Shown: positions 44,083 through 54,304, counted from the first letter of the stretch. The stretch is 59,299 nt of DNA from Candidatus Woesebacteria bacterium GW2011_GWB1_33_38 (GCA_000990005.1 LBPF01000004.1:1-59299); one strand, 5' to 3'. Translations and numbers: made by a program. Notes: generated from the letters alone by a model not told the origin.

Positions 44083-44352
44083 TTATGCAGTTTGGAATTC
44101 TTGTCTTAACTTATCTGTTAGAAATACTTTCATAAGTGATTGGTAAGGCATATCTCTTTTGTTCGCCGCAATTTTTAGAGATGAAAACATGTGTTTTGGG
44201 ATTCTTAAAGTGACCACTTTTGTTGATGGTTTAAGTTCTGAAAAATCATAGTCAACAGGATTAGATAGATCAAAATATTCTGTAGTGTCATTTTTTTGCC
44301 AGAATTTTTGTTCTTCTTCAATATTTCTAAATTTTGGTATTTTTTTTGTCAT
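44083..44352 (-). CDS. brnA: BrnA-type antitoxin
   Basis: C-terminal RHH-like VTLRIPKHMFSSLKIAANKRDMPYQSLMKVFL. Confidence 0.65.
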   Translation of the reverse strand: MTKKIPKFRNIEEEQKFWQKNDTTEYFDLSNPVDYDFSELKPSTKVVTLRIPKHMFSSLKIAANKRDMPYQSLMKVFLTDKLRQEFQTA

Positions 44353-44662
44353 ATGTTTTCCTTTCCTTTCTGTTTTGTTTCCTTGCCGATATAATCCTTG
44401 TCTTTTTAAATCTTAATGTAAAAATAATAGTTAAATATTTATTTGCATCTGTCTTTCCGTAGGCTACAAATCGAGCTTCATTTAGTGAATGTTTTTTATC
44501 ATCAAACACCCTTAATGGTCTGTTCAAAAACGCTTCTTCACATTCTTCTTTGGTAACCCCATGTTTTAACCAGCTTTTAGTTACATTTCCACTATCCCAT
44601 TCAAAAGCAATGGATGAAATATGTCTTGGCATGATATCACTGTATATGATCATACAATACAT
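44327..44662 (-). CDS. brnT: BrnT-type (DUF497) toxin
   Basis: FEWDSGNVTKSWLKHGVTKEECEEAF. Confidence 0.7.
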   Translation of the reverse strand: MYCMIIYSDIMPRHISSIAFEWDSGNVTKSWLKHGVTKEECEEAFLNRPLRVFDDKKHSLNEARFVAYGKTDANKYLTIIFTLRFKKTRIISARKQNRKERKTYDKKNTKI

Positions 44663-44664
44663 AA

Positions 44665-45213
44665 TTGCAATTTGTCAAGTGCGTATATATCATTTACATG
44701 ATGGATTTAAAACTAGAAAACAAAATTTGGTGGAGTTATATACAGGAAGATTTGCAAGAATTACTTGTAGCCTCTGAATTTTTAGCCAACACTGTTAAAA
44801 GTTGGGGTGGGGACCTGCCTGCGGGAAGCAGAGTATTTCATGATTATTCTTTTGTTGTTTTTCCAACAGCCAAAGCCTATGAAGGTTTTTTAAAGAAGAT
44901 GTTTTTTGACCTGGGTTTTATAACAGAAGAGGATTACAGAGGCAAGAGATTTAGAATTGGTAAGGCCTTAAATCCCTTTTTAGAAAAAAACTTAAGAAAC
45001 AGAGAAAGTGTATATGATAAATTGGTTAAATATTGCAATGGCAAAGAACTGGCAGATAAACTTTGGGAGGCTTGGACTAGTGGCAGAAACCTTATTTTCC
45101 ATTGGTTCCCTGAAGAAAAAAAGGCTGTCAGCTTTAAAGAAGCAGAAGAAAAGATCAATTTGATAATTAATGCTATGGATTTGGCCTTTAGAGGGTGTAT
45201 TATTAATAAATGA
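44665..45213 (+). CDS. hypothetical protein (start uncertain)
   Basis: Long ORF with no motif I recognise. Confidence 0.4.
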   Translation: MQFVKCVYIIYMMDLKLENKIWWSYIQEDLQELLVASEFLANTVKSWGGDLPAGSRVFHDYSFVVFPTAKAYEGFLKKMFFDLGFITEEDYRGKRFRIGKALNPFLEKNLRNRESVYDKLVKYCNGKELADKLWEAWTSGRNLIFHWFPEEKKAVSFKEAEEKINLIINAMDLAFRGCIINK

Positions 45214-45848
45214 AATCATTTAAATATGCCGTAGGTTTTGCAGTTTATCTTCTAATTGTCTGGGGTTTTTATAGATTTTTATTTCAACTACCTGAAACAA
45301 TTGAAGAACTAATTATTAAACCAGTTGTTTGGTTATTACCTGTTTTTTACCTCCTGAAGAAGGAGGAAGAAGGGATTTCCTCTTTAGGAGTTACACTTAA
45401 AAATTTATTCCCAGCAGTTTATTATTCTTTGGGACTTGGTGCATTTTTTGTCATGGAAGCTTTAGTTATTAATTTTGTTAAATATGACGGCAAGTTTGAT
45501 CTGAGAGCAAATATTGGAACTCTTCCACTTTTAACATCCTTAGGTTTATCATTTGCAACTGCAATTTCAGAGGAGCTTGCATTTAGGGGATATGTATTTA
45601 CAAGAATCTGGAAGTTTCTGGGCTCAGAACTTTATTCCAACGTTGTTACAAGTCTTTTCTGGGCCTTAATTCACGTTCCAATTACTATATTTGTGTGGAG
45701 GCTTGATTTTTCTGCAACGTTAATTTATCTATTCTTAACAACTCTTTTTGGTATGGGTAGTGCCTTTGTCTATGCTAGGACAAAAAATATTCTTTCTCCA
45801 ATTCTACTTCATGTTCTCTGGCAATGGCCCATCATACTTTTTAGGTAA
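45210..45848 (+). CDS. CPBP-family intramembrane metalloprotease
   Basis: ISEELAFRGY, WALIHV, ILLHVLWQ motifs. Confidence 0.75.
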   Translation: MKSFKYAVGFAVYLLIVWGFYRFLFQLPETIEELIIKPVVWLLPVFYLLKKEEEGISSLGVTLKNLFPAVYYSLGLGAFFVMEALVINFVKYDGKFDLRANIGTLPLLTSLGLSFATAISEELAFRGYVFTRIWKFLGSELYSNVVTSLFWALIHVPITIFVWRLDFSATLIYLFLTTLFGMGSAFVYARTKNILSPILLHVLWQWPIILFR

Positions 45849-45850
45849 AA

Positions 45851-46054
45851 ATGAAAAAACTTAAATTACATCAATACAATGTAATTTCAAGATTTTGTGA
45901 AGATATAGCTAAAGGACTAATGCTGGCAGTGATTTTAGGACAAATGGCTATAGCAAATCTCACACCTTTAGAAAGAGTGTTGTCAATATTAACATCAATA
46001 GTTTTGGCTTTACTATTATTGTTTTTCGCGATATACTTTTCTAAAGAAAGATAA
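45851..46054 (+). CDS. small membrane protein
   Basis: 67 aa with two TM helices. Confidence 0.4.
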   Translation: MKKLKLHQYNVISRFCEDIAKGLMLAVILGQMAIANLTPLERVLSILTSIVLALLLLFFAIYFSKER

Positions 46055-46062
46055 AAACAATT

Positions 46063-46173
46063 ATGAATAATATTGATTGGGGTGTTGCGTATAATTCAGC
46101 CTTTATTGTAGCTGGTTTTGTAGGAATTCTTTTGGCCTCATTCGCTTTATATACTAAGAAATTTGCAAAATAA
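46063..46173 (+). CDS. 36-aa single-TM peptide (not in ORF track)
   Basis: MNNIDWGVAYNSAFIVAGFVGILLASFALYTKKFAK. Confidence 0.3.
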   Translation: MNNIDWGVAYNSAFIVAGFVGILLASFALYTKKFAK

Positions 46174-46174
46174 T

Positions 46175-46270
46175 ATGAATATTCCGTGGAACGCTCAGAC
46201 ATCAACAATAACCCTAGTAGTAGTTACACTAATTCTTCTGGTTATGGTTTATTTTGTCGCAAAAAAGTAA
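46175..46270 (+). CDS. 31-aa single-TM peptide (not in ORF track)
   Basis: MNIPWNAQTSTITLVVVTLILLVMVYFVAKK. Starts 2 nt after the previous stop. Confidence 0.3.
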   Translation: MNIPWNAQTSTITLVVVTLILLVMVYFVAKK

Positions 46271-46277
46271 TACTTTT

Positions 46278-46760
46278 TTAATTGACTAAATCGTATTTAG
46301 GAACAGGAAATCCTTTCTGTATTGCCTTTTTGGCAATACCAATTGAAGCTTTTCGTACTCTTTCATATTTTTCACCCCAAGCTCTTAATTCAGAATCCAT
46401 GTTTGGCCCTGCAGTATTTTTACCATGTGCAGATAAGCCATTCTTGAGTTGGGTATGGCTTTGAAGTACATCTCTTCGCTCATCTTGTATAAATTTGGAG
46501 AAGGATTTCAACTCCGTTTCAGTAACATCATCTTCGGTGAGCGCCTTCATGTCGGGTTTATTCAAAACCATCCACTCAAATGCCTCATCTTGACCAATTC
46601 CTCGTGAACTTGCAATATTTTTTGTTACTTCATCATCTCTCATCCATGCAAAACGCCTATTGAAAATTATTTCTGCGGCTTCAGGATTAAAATGTTTGGA
46701 TAACAAACCAATAATATTTTCCTCTGCACTTAATTTTGGTTCCCCCCCCACAGCTTCCAT
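46278..46760 (-). CDS. hypothetical protein
   Basis: 160-aa ORF with no recognised motif. Confidence 0.4.
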   Translation of the reverse strand: MEAVGGEPKLSAEENIIGLLSKHFNPEAAEIIFNRRFAWMRDDEVTKNIASSRGIGQDEAFEWMVLNKPDMKALTEDDVTETELKSFSKFIQDERRDVLQSHTQLKNGLSAHGKNTAGPNMDSELRAWGEKYERVRKASIGIAKKAIQKGFPVPKYDLVN

Positions 46761-46826
46761 ACTAGTAATTATACACTATGTTTGCGGGGATTGACTAATT
46801 GATATACAATTACAATTACCCGAAAA

Positions 46827-47435
46827 ATGAAAAGTAGGATTGCAGGAATTAGTACTACAATTTTGACAGCTTTTATCATCCTTCTGGTATCTTTACTAAA
46901 ATGTGTAACTCCTAATTATGCATATTCCCCAATGGTTTTGTCAGAAAAAGCTGTAGACAATAGTCAACTAGATGTCGATTATGATCTACCTTATCAGGGC
47001 AAAATTCTGCCAGATAATCCTTTGTGGTATGTCAAAGTGTTAAGAGATAAAGTTTGGCTAGTCATAACATTCAATTCTTCAAAGAAGGCAGAATTGAATC
47101 TATTGTTTGCAGATAAGCGGTTATCTTCATCTCTTGAGCTTTTTAAAAAGAATAAACCTGACTTAGGATTGTCTGTACTTACCAAATCAGGAAAATATTT
47201 GGAAAAGTCAGCTGGTCTTATGGGAGATGACAAAGATTTTTTAAAGAAACTTTCTCTGTCTTCACTTAAACATAGGGAGATTATAGAAGAAGAAATACTC
47301 TCACTTACTCCAGAAGATTTGAGACCAAAAGTTATAAAGACAGAGGACTACTCGAAGTTAACATATGAAAAGGTGAAAGACAAAATGCTCTCAGTTGGCT
47401 TAGTTCCACCAAATAATCCTTTTGAAACGAAGTAG
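46827..47435 (+). CDS. secreted/anchored hypothetical protein
   Basis: N-terminal hydrophobic segment followed by a helical repeat-like body. Confidence 0.4.
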   Translation: MKSRIAGISTTILTAFIILLVSLLKCVTPNYAYSPMVLSEKAVDNSQLDVDYDLPYQGKILPDNPLWYVKVLRDKVWLVITFNSSKKAELNLLFADKRLSSSLELFKKNKPDLGLSVLTKSGKYLEKSAGLMGDDKDFLKKLSLSSLKHREIIEEEILSLTPEDLRPKVIKTEDYSKLTYEKVKDKMLSVGLVPPNNPFETK

Positions 47436-47591
47436 TTTTTTGTGCAATTTTATTTTTTGATTTCCGCGGAAATTTCCGCGAGCAATTTTTATTTTACTTT
47501 TTCACGCTTAGCTTACGCATAAGCTGATATATTTGGTTCTACAAACTAATAGTTGCTTATCCGTTGTTAGTATTAGATTATCCAATTACTT

Positions 47592-50500
47592 ATGAAAAAT
47601 TACAAAGCTCCTACTTACGAAAAGATAAAAAAAGAAATAACAAAAAAAGTTGGCATGATGCCAGCTAGACCTGCTGATTTACCTCAAGGTGCATGGACAG
47701 AACAAGCTTTAAAAGTTTTGGAAGAAAGATATCTTGTAAAGGATAAAAACTTAAATCCAATTGAGAGTCCTGAAGACATGGTTTGGAGAGTTGCTTATGA
47801 AATCGCCTCATCTGAGGCAAGATGGGGAGCCAACAAAAAAGAAGTTTTAAGGGTAGCTAGAGAGTTCTATGAACTAATGGTTAGTAGAAAGTTTTTACCA
47901 AATTCTCCAACTTTAATGAATGCTGGAACTAATAATGGTTTGCAATATTCTGCCTGTTTTGTTCTCCCTGTTGAAGACTCTATGGAAGGAATTTTTGATG
48001 CTCTAAAATATCAGGCAATAATTCATAAAACTGGTGGGGGAACAGGATTTGCCTTTAGTAGACTTCGTGAAGGTGGATCACTTGTTAAAACCTCATCAGG
48101 AACAGCATCTGGACCAATATCATTTATGAGAATTTTTGATACGGTCACAAATGAGGTCAAACAGGGCGGTAAAAGAAGGGGAGCTAACATGGGAATCTTA
48201 AGAGTAGACCATCCTGATATTTTGGAATTTATCCATTGTAAAGAAGAGGGGGGAATCACTAATTTTAATATATCGGTTGCGATAACAAACGCTTTTATGA
48301 AAGCATATCAAAATGATGAGGAATATGAACTTATTAGTCCTAAGACAAAAGAGGTGGTGGGTAAGCTTTCAGCTAAAAGGGTTTTTAATGAAATTGCCGA
48401 TGGAGCCTGGAGAACTGGGGACCCTGGACTTATTTTTATAGACAAGATAAATGAAAGCACGGCCAATCCAGTACCTACACTTGGTAATATAGAATCCACA
48501 AATCCATGTGTTATTGGGGATACTTTGGTGTCGACAAAAATAGGATTACTTAGAATAAAAGATATTGTAGAGAATGGTAATAAGGGATTATTTTTTGATA
48601 ATAGAGTTAAAAATATAACTAAAAGTGGAGTTTCGATCAGTGAAGCTGTTAAGTTATATGATTTAGGTCCAAAAAAAGTAATGAAATTAGTTACCAAATC
48701 AGGTTATGAAATAACTGCAACTCTAGACCATAGAGTAATGACTGTTAGTGGATGGAAGGAAATCCAATCGTTAAAAATAAATGATGAGATTCTTATACAA
48801 AGTGCCAAAGGTAGTTTTAATGAATCTAATAAGTTATCTTTTGAAACTATCAACAATTTTCCAAATAAGTGGACCAAAGAACTGGGTCAGGTTTTGGGTT
48901 TGTTAATAGGTGATGGCTGGTTACGAAGATAAAAATTGTAGAGTCGGATTTACTTTTAGTGAACAAGATACAGACTTGTTGATACGATTTAAAAATATAA
49001 TTAACAGATGGTATGGAAGAGAAATTAAAGAAGTAAAAAGACCAAGAAATACATACCATCTTTCTTATCATTCTCAGGAGATGGTTGACTTATTTATGAA
49101 CTTTGGAGTGAAATCTGTCATAGCCGAAGAAAAAACTGTTCCCGAATCAATCTTTTCAGCAACTGAGGATGCTGTTGTAGGTTTCTTGCAAGGTTTATTT
49201 TCAGCAGATGGAACTGTTAGAGATAGTAAAAAAAGCAATAGCGATTGGGTTGCTTTAACTTCAAAAAGTGAGAGACTCTTAAAAGATGTACAACTTCTTT
49301 TATTGAATTTAGGAATTAAATCGAGGATATTTGACAGAAGTAGAGATGAAAGGTCGGGAATGTTTCCTTACAAAGACAAGAAGGGAAATATAAAAACTTA
49401 TACAACGGATGGGGTGCTTTATGAATTAGGCATATTTGGTGATTTTAGAGAGAAATTTAAGAATGAGATAGGATTTTTAAATATTGATAAACAAAAACAT
49501 CTTGAAAATACTAGACCAAGAAAAAATAGACGTTTACAGGACCAATTTGTAGATATCGTTGTAGAAATTAAAAATGCCGGTATTCAAAACGTTTACGATG
49601 TTACAGAACCGATTAGTCATTCCATGATTGCAAACGGGCTTGTTGTTCATCAATGTGGTGAACAGCCGCTTTATCCATTTGATGCCTGCAATCTTGGTAG
49701 TATCTTTTTAACTTACTTTGTTAAAGACGGAGACATTCTTTGGGATGAACTAAGGGACGTAACCAGAAAGTCAGTAAGGTTTTTGGATAATGTTATTGAA
49801 GTCAATCCATATCCTCTAGAACAAATAAGAAACACAGTCTTTGCCATAAGAAGGATTGGTCTCGGGATTGGTGGTTGGGCAGATATGCTTCTAGAGTTAG
49901 GTATTCCTTACGATTCCAATGAGGCCTTGGATTTAGCAGAAAAAGTCATGAAGACTATCCAAGAAACTGCTGTTGATGAAACAGAAAAGTTGGCCAAAAT
50001 TAGAGGAGTGTTCCCATTATTTAAAGATTCAATTTACAAAAAAGATAAACCAAGAAGAAATTCAACTGTGACAACAATTGCACCAACAGGGACAATATCA
50101 ATCATTGCGGGGGCATCATCGGGGATAGAACCGTTATTCGCAATAGCTTTTCAACATATTGTTAAGGATAAACACTTGGATAGAAAACTAACATTTGTAA
50201 ACCCCAAATTTGAAGAGGTTTTGAAGTCTCAAAACCTGTGGAGTCAGGAGTTAATGGATAAAGTGGGAGAAAAAGGGGTTGTTAGACATATTGAAGAATT
50301 GCCTCAAAAAATTAGAGATATCTTTGGAACAGCTCATGAAATTGATCCAGAATGGCATATTAAAACTCAAGATGTATTTCAAAAATATACAGAAAATGCG
50401 GTTAGTAAAACTATTAATTTAAGACATGATGTAACCGTTGAAGACATTAAGAATGTTTATTTACAAGCTTGGAATTCCGATTGTAAAGGCATCACAGTTT

Positions 50501-51174
50501 TTAGAGATGGTTGTAAGAATGCACAAGTTTTAAATCTGGGAATTAAGAATGACCTGCCTGCCGGCAGGCAGGAGGAAGTAAAAGAAGAACCCCTAAGACA
50601 TAGACCTTACATGGTTCATGGCTCAACCTATAGAATGAATACACCTGTTGGTACAGCTTTTATAACAATAAATGAAGACAACTTGGGTGAGCCGTTAGAG
50701 GTTTTTATAAACGTAGGTAAGGCAGGGTCAGATGTGGCTGCAATGGCTGAAGCCTTAGGTAGAACTATATCGACGACTTTAAAGTTTAGGGGTGGTATTT
50801 CTGCAAAAGAAAAAGCAAAAGAAATTGCAGAGCAACTATCAGGAATAGGGGGCAGAAGGTCAATTGGATTTGGACCAACTAAAATAAGATCTCTACCAGA
50901 TGCAATAGCAGGTGCTATATCAGTTCATTATAATTTTGGAATTAACGGTTATCATAATAGCCCAAACATCTTTGGAGAAACTCAAAATGGTAAAGTGGAA
51001 ACTGAGGTCGTGGCAACACAACCCCATATTGAAGATAAACCTGTTCAAGAAGGATTGTTTTTGCACGCAACAGTTCAGAAAGCAGGGGACATCTGTCCGT
51101 CTTGTGGAGCCTCAGCACTTGTTTTTGAAGAAGGATGTAGTAAATGCCATGCATGTGGACACTCTGAGTGTTGA
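47592..51174 (+). CDS. nrdJ: class II (B12-dependent) ribonucleotide reductase with intein; reading frame broken by +1 shift near 48921-48927
   Basis: Exteins read ...IESTNP|CGEQPLYPFDACNLGS..., TIAPTGTIS, VSKTINL, plus a C-terminal Cys4 finger. The two track ORFs (47592..48932 and 48910..51174) are offset by +1. Confidence 0.85.
48507..49653 (+). mobile_element. intein with LAGLIDADG endonuclease domain inserted at the TNP|CGE active site
   Basis: Starts CVIGDTLV and ends GLVVHQ|C. LAGLIDADG blocks are LGLLIGDGW and VVGFLQGLFSADGTV. Length 1147 nt equals 3n+1. Confidence 0.8.
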
Positions 51175-51212
51175 GCACACAAGATATTAGGTGATAAGAT
51201 ATAAAGTGAACA

Positions 51213-51584
51213 GTGTTAATACAAAAGTTTACTGATTTGGAAGTTTGGAAGAATTCTCACGAGTTAACTATTTTTATTTATAAAATTACAAAAAGCTTTC
51301 CAAAGGAAGAAGTATTTGGTATTACTTCACAGATTAGACGAGCTTCAGTTTCAATCGAATCTAATATTGCTGAGGGTTTTTCCAGATTTCATTTCAAAGA
51401 TAGACTGAATTTTTATTATCAATCTAGAGGTTCTGCTTCTGAAGTTCAAACACAGTTATTAATAGTAAAAGACCTGAAATATATTTCTGCAGAAGATTTT
51501 AAAAAAGCCTTTGATTTAGCGCAGAAAGTATTGATCATTTTAAGTGGATTAATCAAATCCACAGAAAATATGACAAGAAAATGA
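51213..51584 (+). CDS. four-helix-bundle protein (23S rRNA-IVS protein / Avd-like family)
   Basis: FTDLEVWKNSHELTIFIYKITKSFPKEEVFGITSQIRRASVSIESNIAEGFSR. Confidence 0.75.
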   Translation: MLIQKFTDLEVWKNSHELTIFIYKITKSFPKEEVFGITSQIRRASVSIESNIAEGFSRFHFKDRLNFYYQSRGSASEVQTQLLIVKDLKYISAEDFKKAFDLAQKVLIILSGLIKSTENMTRK

Positions 51585-51627
51585 AACCACTTTATATCTT
51601 AATTACTTTTCACTTTATATCTTTTAT

Positions 51628-52134
51628 ATGACTGTATATACAAAAACAGGGGATAGGGGGCAGACAGGGACTTTTGGTGGAAAGAGAGTTTCAAAATCTT
51701 CGAAACTAATAAATGCAATAGGGGTAATTGATGAACTTAATTCATATCTTGGGATAATTAATACAGGATACAAAGATATAAAGTTAGTAGATATACAGAA
51801 AAATTTATTTACCATAAACGCCATTCTAACAGGGGCAAAGCTCGATTTTTCAAAAGTTGAAACAAAAAAGTTAGAAAAAGAAATAAACTTGATGGAAGGT
51901 CAGATGCCTGTTCTTGCCAACTTCATTATTTATTCAGGAACCTCAAGAGCGGTGAAATTATATTATGCCCGCGCTTTATGTCGTCGTGCTGAACGCTTGC
52001 TGGTTAAATTAAGAATTAAGAATGAAGAATTAAGAATTTTACCGTACATTAACAGGTTATCAGACTATTTATTTACGTTAGCTAGATATACTAACTTTAA
52101 GAAAAAAGTAAAAGAAGAAGTGTGGATGGTTTGA
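51628..52134 (+). CDS. pduO: ATP:cob(I)alamin adenosyltransferase, PduO-type
   Basis: VYTKTGDRGQTGTFGGKRVSKSS N-terminus. Confidence 0.8.
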   Translation: MTVYTKTGDRGQTGTFGGKRVSKSSKLINAIGVIDELNSYLGIINTGYKDIKLVDIQKNLFTINAILTGAKLDFSKVETKKLEKEINLMEGQMPVLANFIIYSGTSRAVKLYYARALCRRAERLLVKLRIKNEELRILPYINRLSDYLFTLARYTNFKKKVKEEVWMV

Positions 52135-52174
52135 TATTATGTATTGACAAAGTATGTACTGATATAATAAAATT

Positions 52175-52477
52175 ATGGTGTTTAAATTTAAGTACAATGT
52201 AAGTTTTGATAGCGATAAAAATACATTACTTAAAGAAACAAGGGGAATGTCTTTTGAGGATTTGTTAGACCTTGTCTACAATGGAAAGGTTTTAGACAAT
52301 ATAGAACATAATAATCTTAAAAAACATCCAAATCAGAGCGTTTTAATTATTAAAACAACTGGTTATGTATATGCGATGCCATATGTAATAGATGATAAAA
52401 AGAAAATGATATTTTTAAAAACAGCTTATCCAAGCCATAATTTAACAAAAAAATATGCAAAAAATAATACTGGATAA
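52175..52477 (+). CDS. BrnT-like toxin (tentative)
   Basis: FDSDKNTLLKETRGMSFEDL resembles the DUF497 core. Overlaps the downstream antitoxin-like gene. Confidence 0.45.
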   Translation: MVFKFKYNVSFDSDKNTLLKETRGMSFEDLLDLVYNGKVLDNIEHNNLKKHPNQSVLIIKTTGYVYAMPYVIDDKKKMIFLKTAYPSHNLTKKYAKNNTG

Positions 52478-52745
52478 ATACGAGCAGGAAATAGAAGACG
52501 CCATCGCAAACGGCGAATATTCTTCTGTCCCAAAAACAGAATTTAAAAAGACTAAAAAAATATTTGAAGAAGCAGCAAAAAACTACTTTGAAATAAAAAA
52601 GAGTAAAAGTATAACCTTAAGAGTTAAAAATGAAGATTTAATAACTGTTAAGTCAAAAGCAAGGGGAGTTGGTATTCCATATCAAAGAATTATTAATATG
52701 CTTATAAATGGCTATGCAAACGATAGAATAAAACTAGCCATTTAA
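52455..52745 (+). CDS. BrnA/CopG-like antitoxin
   Basis: ITLRVKNEDLITVKSKARGVGIPYQRIINMLI. Confidence 0.55.
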   Translation: MQKIILDKYEQEIEDAIANGEYSSVPKTEFKKTKKIFEEAAKNYFEIKKSKSITLRVKNEDLITVKSKARGVGIPYQRIINMLINGYANDRIKLAI

Positions 52746-52749
52746 AAAT

Positions 52750-53229
52750 ATGAATTTAACTAAAAAACAAATAGAAACCCTTAAAAAGTTAATGATAAAT
52801 TCTGCCAAAAAAGGAAATTTAGCAAATTCGGGTATGGTCATTGGGGGGGGCAGGATAATTGCGACTTCAGAAAGTTTGGTCGTTACTAATCATAATGCCA
52901 CTGATCATTCTGAAAGAATGCTGGTTGAAAAAGTATGTAAGAAATATCAAAGTCATTACACTCCAGATTTAACAATGGTTACTGTTTGTCAACCCTGCTT
53001 GATGTGTTTATCAGCTTGTTCCCAAGCTGGTTATAATAAAATAGCATATATAATTCCTGCCCAAAAATATGTAGATAAAATTCCATGGATGTCTGATAAC
53101 ACTAAAATCAATGTGGGCAAAACAGCAAAAACAATGACTGACCCAATTGAATTTGTTCAATTGCCCCAATATGAGACAGAATTTTCAAAAGTTTTTGAAA
53201 AAGTAATGATCCATCACTTAACTAAATAA
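52750..53229 (+). CDS. cytidine/deoxycytidylate-deaminase-fold protein
   Basis: HSE...(x)...PCLMCLSAC, a variant of the HAE/PCxxC zinc motifs. Confidence 0.55.
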   Translation: MNLTKKQIETLKKLMINSAKKGNLANSGMVIGGGRIIATSESLVVTNHNATDHSERMLVEKVCKKYQSHYTPDLTMVTVCQPCLMCLSACSQAGYNKIAYIIPAQKYVDKIPWMSDNTKINVGKTAKTMTDPIEFVQLPQYETEFSKVFEKVMIHHLTK

Positions 53230-53313
53230 GCTTCTTTTGTGCCAATATTAATTCATGGGACTACTGTCGAAAACTCTATTGACAAGATGTACACTAGGAG
53301 ATATTATATAAAT

Positions 53314-53574
53314 ATGCAAACAATGATATTTTCGGCTACAAAAGCAAGGAATCAATTTTTTGATATCTTGACATGGGTTTCTATGGGTAAAACTATAATG
53401 ATAGAAAAAGACAAAGAATTAATTGCAAACATTTCACCTATTTTTAAAGTAAACAAGAATAAAGGTTTGTTAAAATCTTTAGATTTAGCTTCTGTTGGCT
53501 TTGAATATTCTAAGGAAGATAATCCATTAAGAAAAAAAGGTGCGTCTAATTTTTTGGGTAGATGGGACAAATGA
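53314..53574 (+). CDS. Phd/YefM-type antitoxin
   Basis: MQTMIFSATKARNQFFDIL. TTGACA(53278)-N17-TATTAT-6 nt-ATG. Confidence 0.6.
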   Translation: MQTMIFSATKARNQFFDILTWVSMGKTIMIEKDKELIANISPIFKVNKNKGLLKSLDLASVGFEYSKEDNPLRKKGASNFLGRWDK

Positions 53575-53954
53575 ATTATATATTTGATACCAATATTATT
53601 ATTGATGCTTTAAGACAAAATAAAAAAGCTAGGCAGTTATTCGTAGATTTTGATGGAGCTTTAGATAATCTATTTATATCTTCAATAACTGCTTTTGAAT
53701 TATTTTCAGGCAAAAGCTCAAAAGACACAACACAAAGTGAGAGAATAACCAAATTACTATCACATTTTACAGAAATTGATTTGAATTGGAAAATATCTAA
53801 ACTTGCTGGAGAAATTTATAGGGATAAGGTAAAAGGGTTAGAAGTACCAGATTACATTATCGCCGCAACTGCTATGGAAATAGGAGCACAAGTTGTAACT
53901 TTAAATAAAAAGCACTTCACTCAAATTCCAAACTTGATGATTTATCAATTATGA
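53562..53954 (+). CDS. vapC: PIN-domain toxin (VapC-like)
   Basis: YIFDTNIIIDAL...IAATAME..VVTLNKKHF. Confidence 0.7.
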   Translation: MGQMNYIFDTNIIIDALRQNKKARQLFVDFDGALDNLFISSITAFELFSGKSSKDTTQSERITKLLSHFTEIDLNWKISKLAGEIYRDKVKGLEVPDYIIAATAMEIGAQVVTLNKKHFTQIPNLMIYQL

Positions 53955-54304
53955 AATTTATAACAAAAAAACAGTCCAAAGAATTTAAAAACAGTGAAAC
54001 CTGTATTGCTATCGAATATCCAATCGATGATAAAGATATAAATATTGCAGTTATTAAACTCAAAAACGATCGTTACCCTGCAAAAGGGTGGGCTATCAAT
54101 GAAAAGTGCAAAGAAATGTCATATATTGTTAGGGGTAGAGTAGAACTTGTAACTGAAAATGAAAGTGTCGAACTGCAAGAAGGAGACGTTGCGTTTATAG
54201 AAGTAAATGAGAAATATTATTGGTTTGGGGATTGTGAAATGGTGATGCCTTGTACTCCAGCATGGTACCCAGAACAACACAAAATTATTGAGGCTTCATT
54301 GTGA
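53951..54304 (+). CDS. cupin-domain protein
   Basis: About 117 aa, beta-rich, GDVAFIEVNEKYYW cupin-like strand pattern. Confidence 0.45.
   Translation: MKFITKKQSKEFKNSETCIAIEYPIDDKDINIAVIKLKNDRYPAKGWAINEKCKEMSYIVRGRVELVTENESVELQEGDVAFIEVNEKYYWFGDCEMVMPCTPAWYPEQHKIIEASL

Noticed and set aside
47436-47591. NrdR box or B12 riboswitch upstream of nrdJ.
   Set aside because: I found no sequence matching the AT-rich 16-bp NrdR palindrome and no conserved B12-box. Only the GC-rich palindrome, reported separately, stands out.
51213-51584. The four-helix-bundle gene as the Avd component of a diversity-generating retroelement.
   Set aside because: There is no reverse transcriptase ORF and no template/variable repeat pair anywhere in the window.
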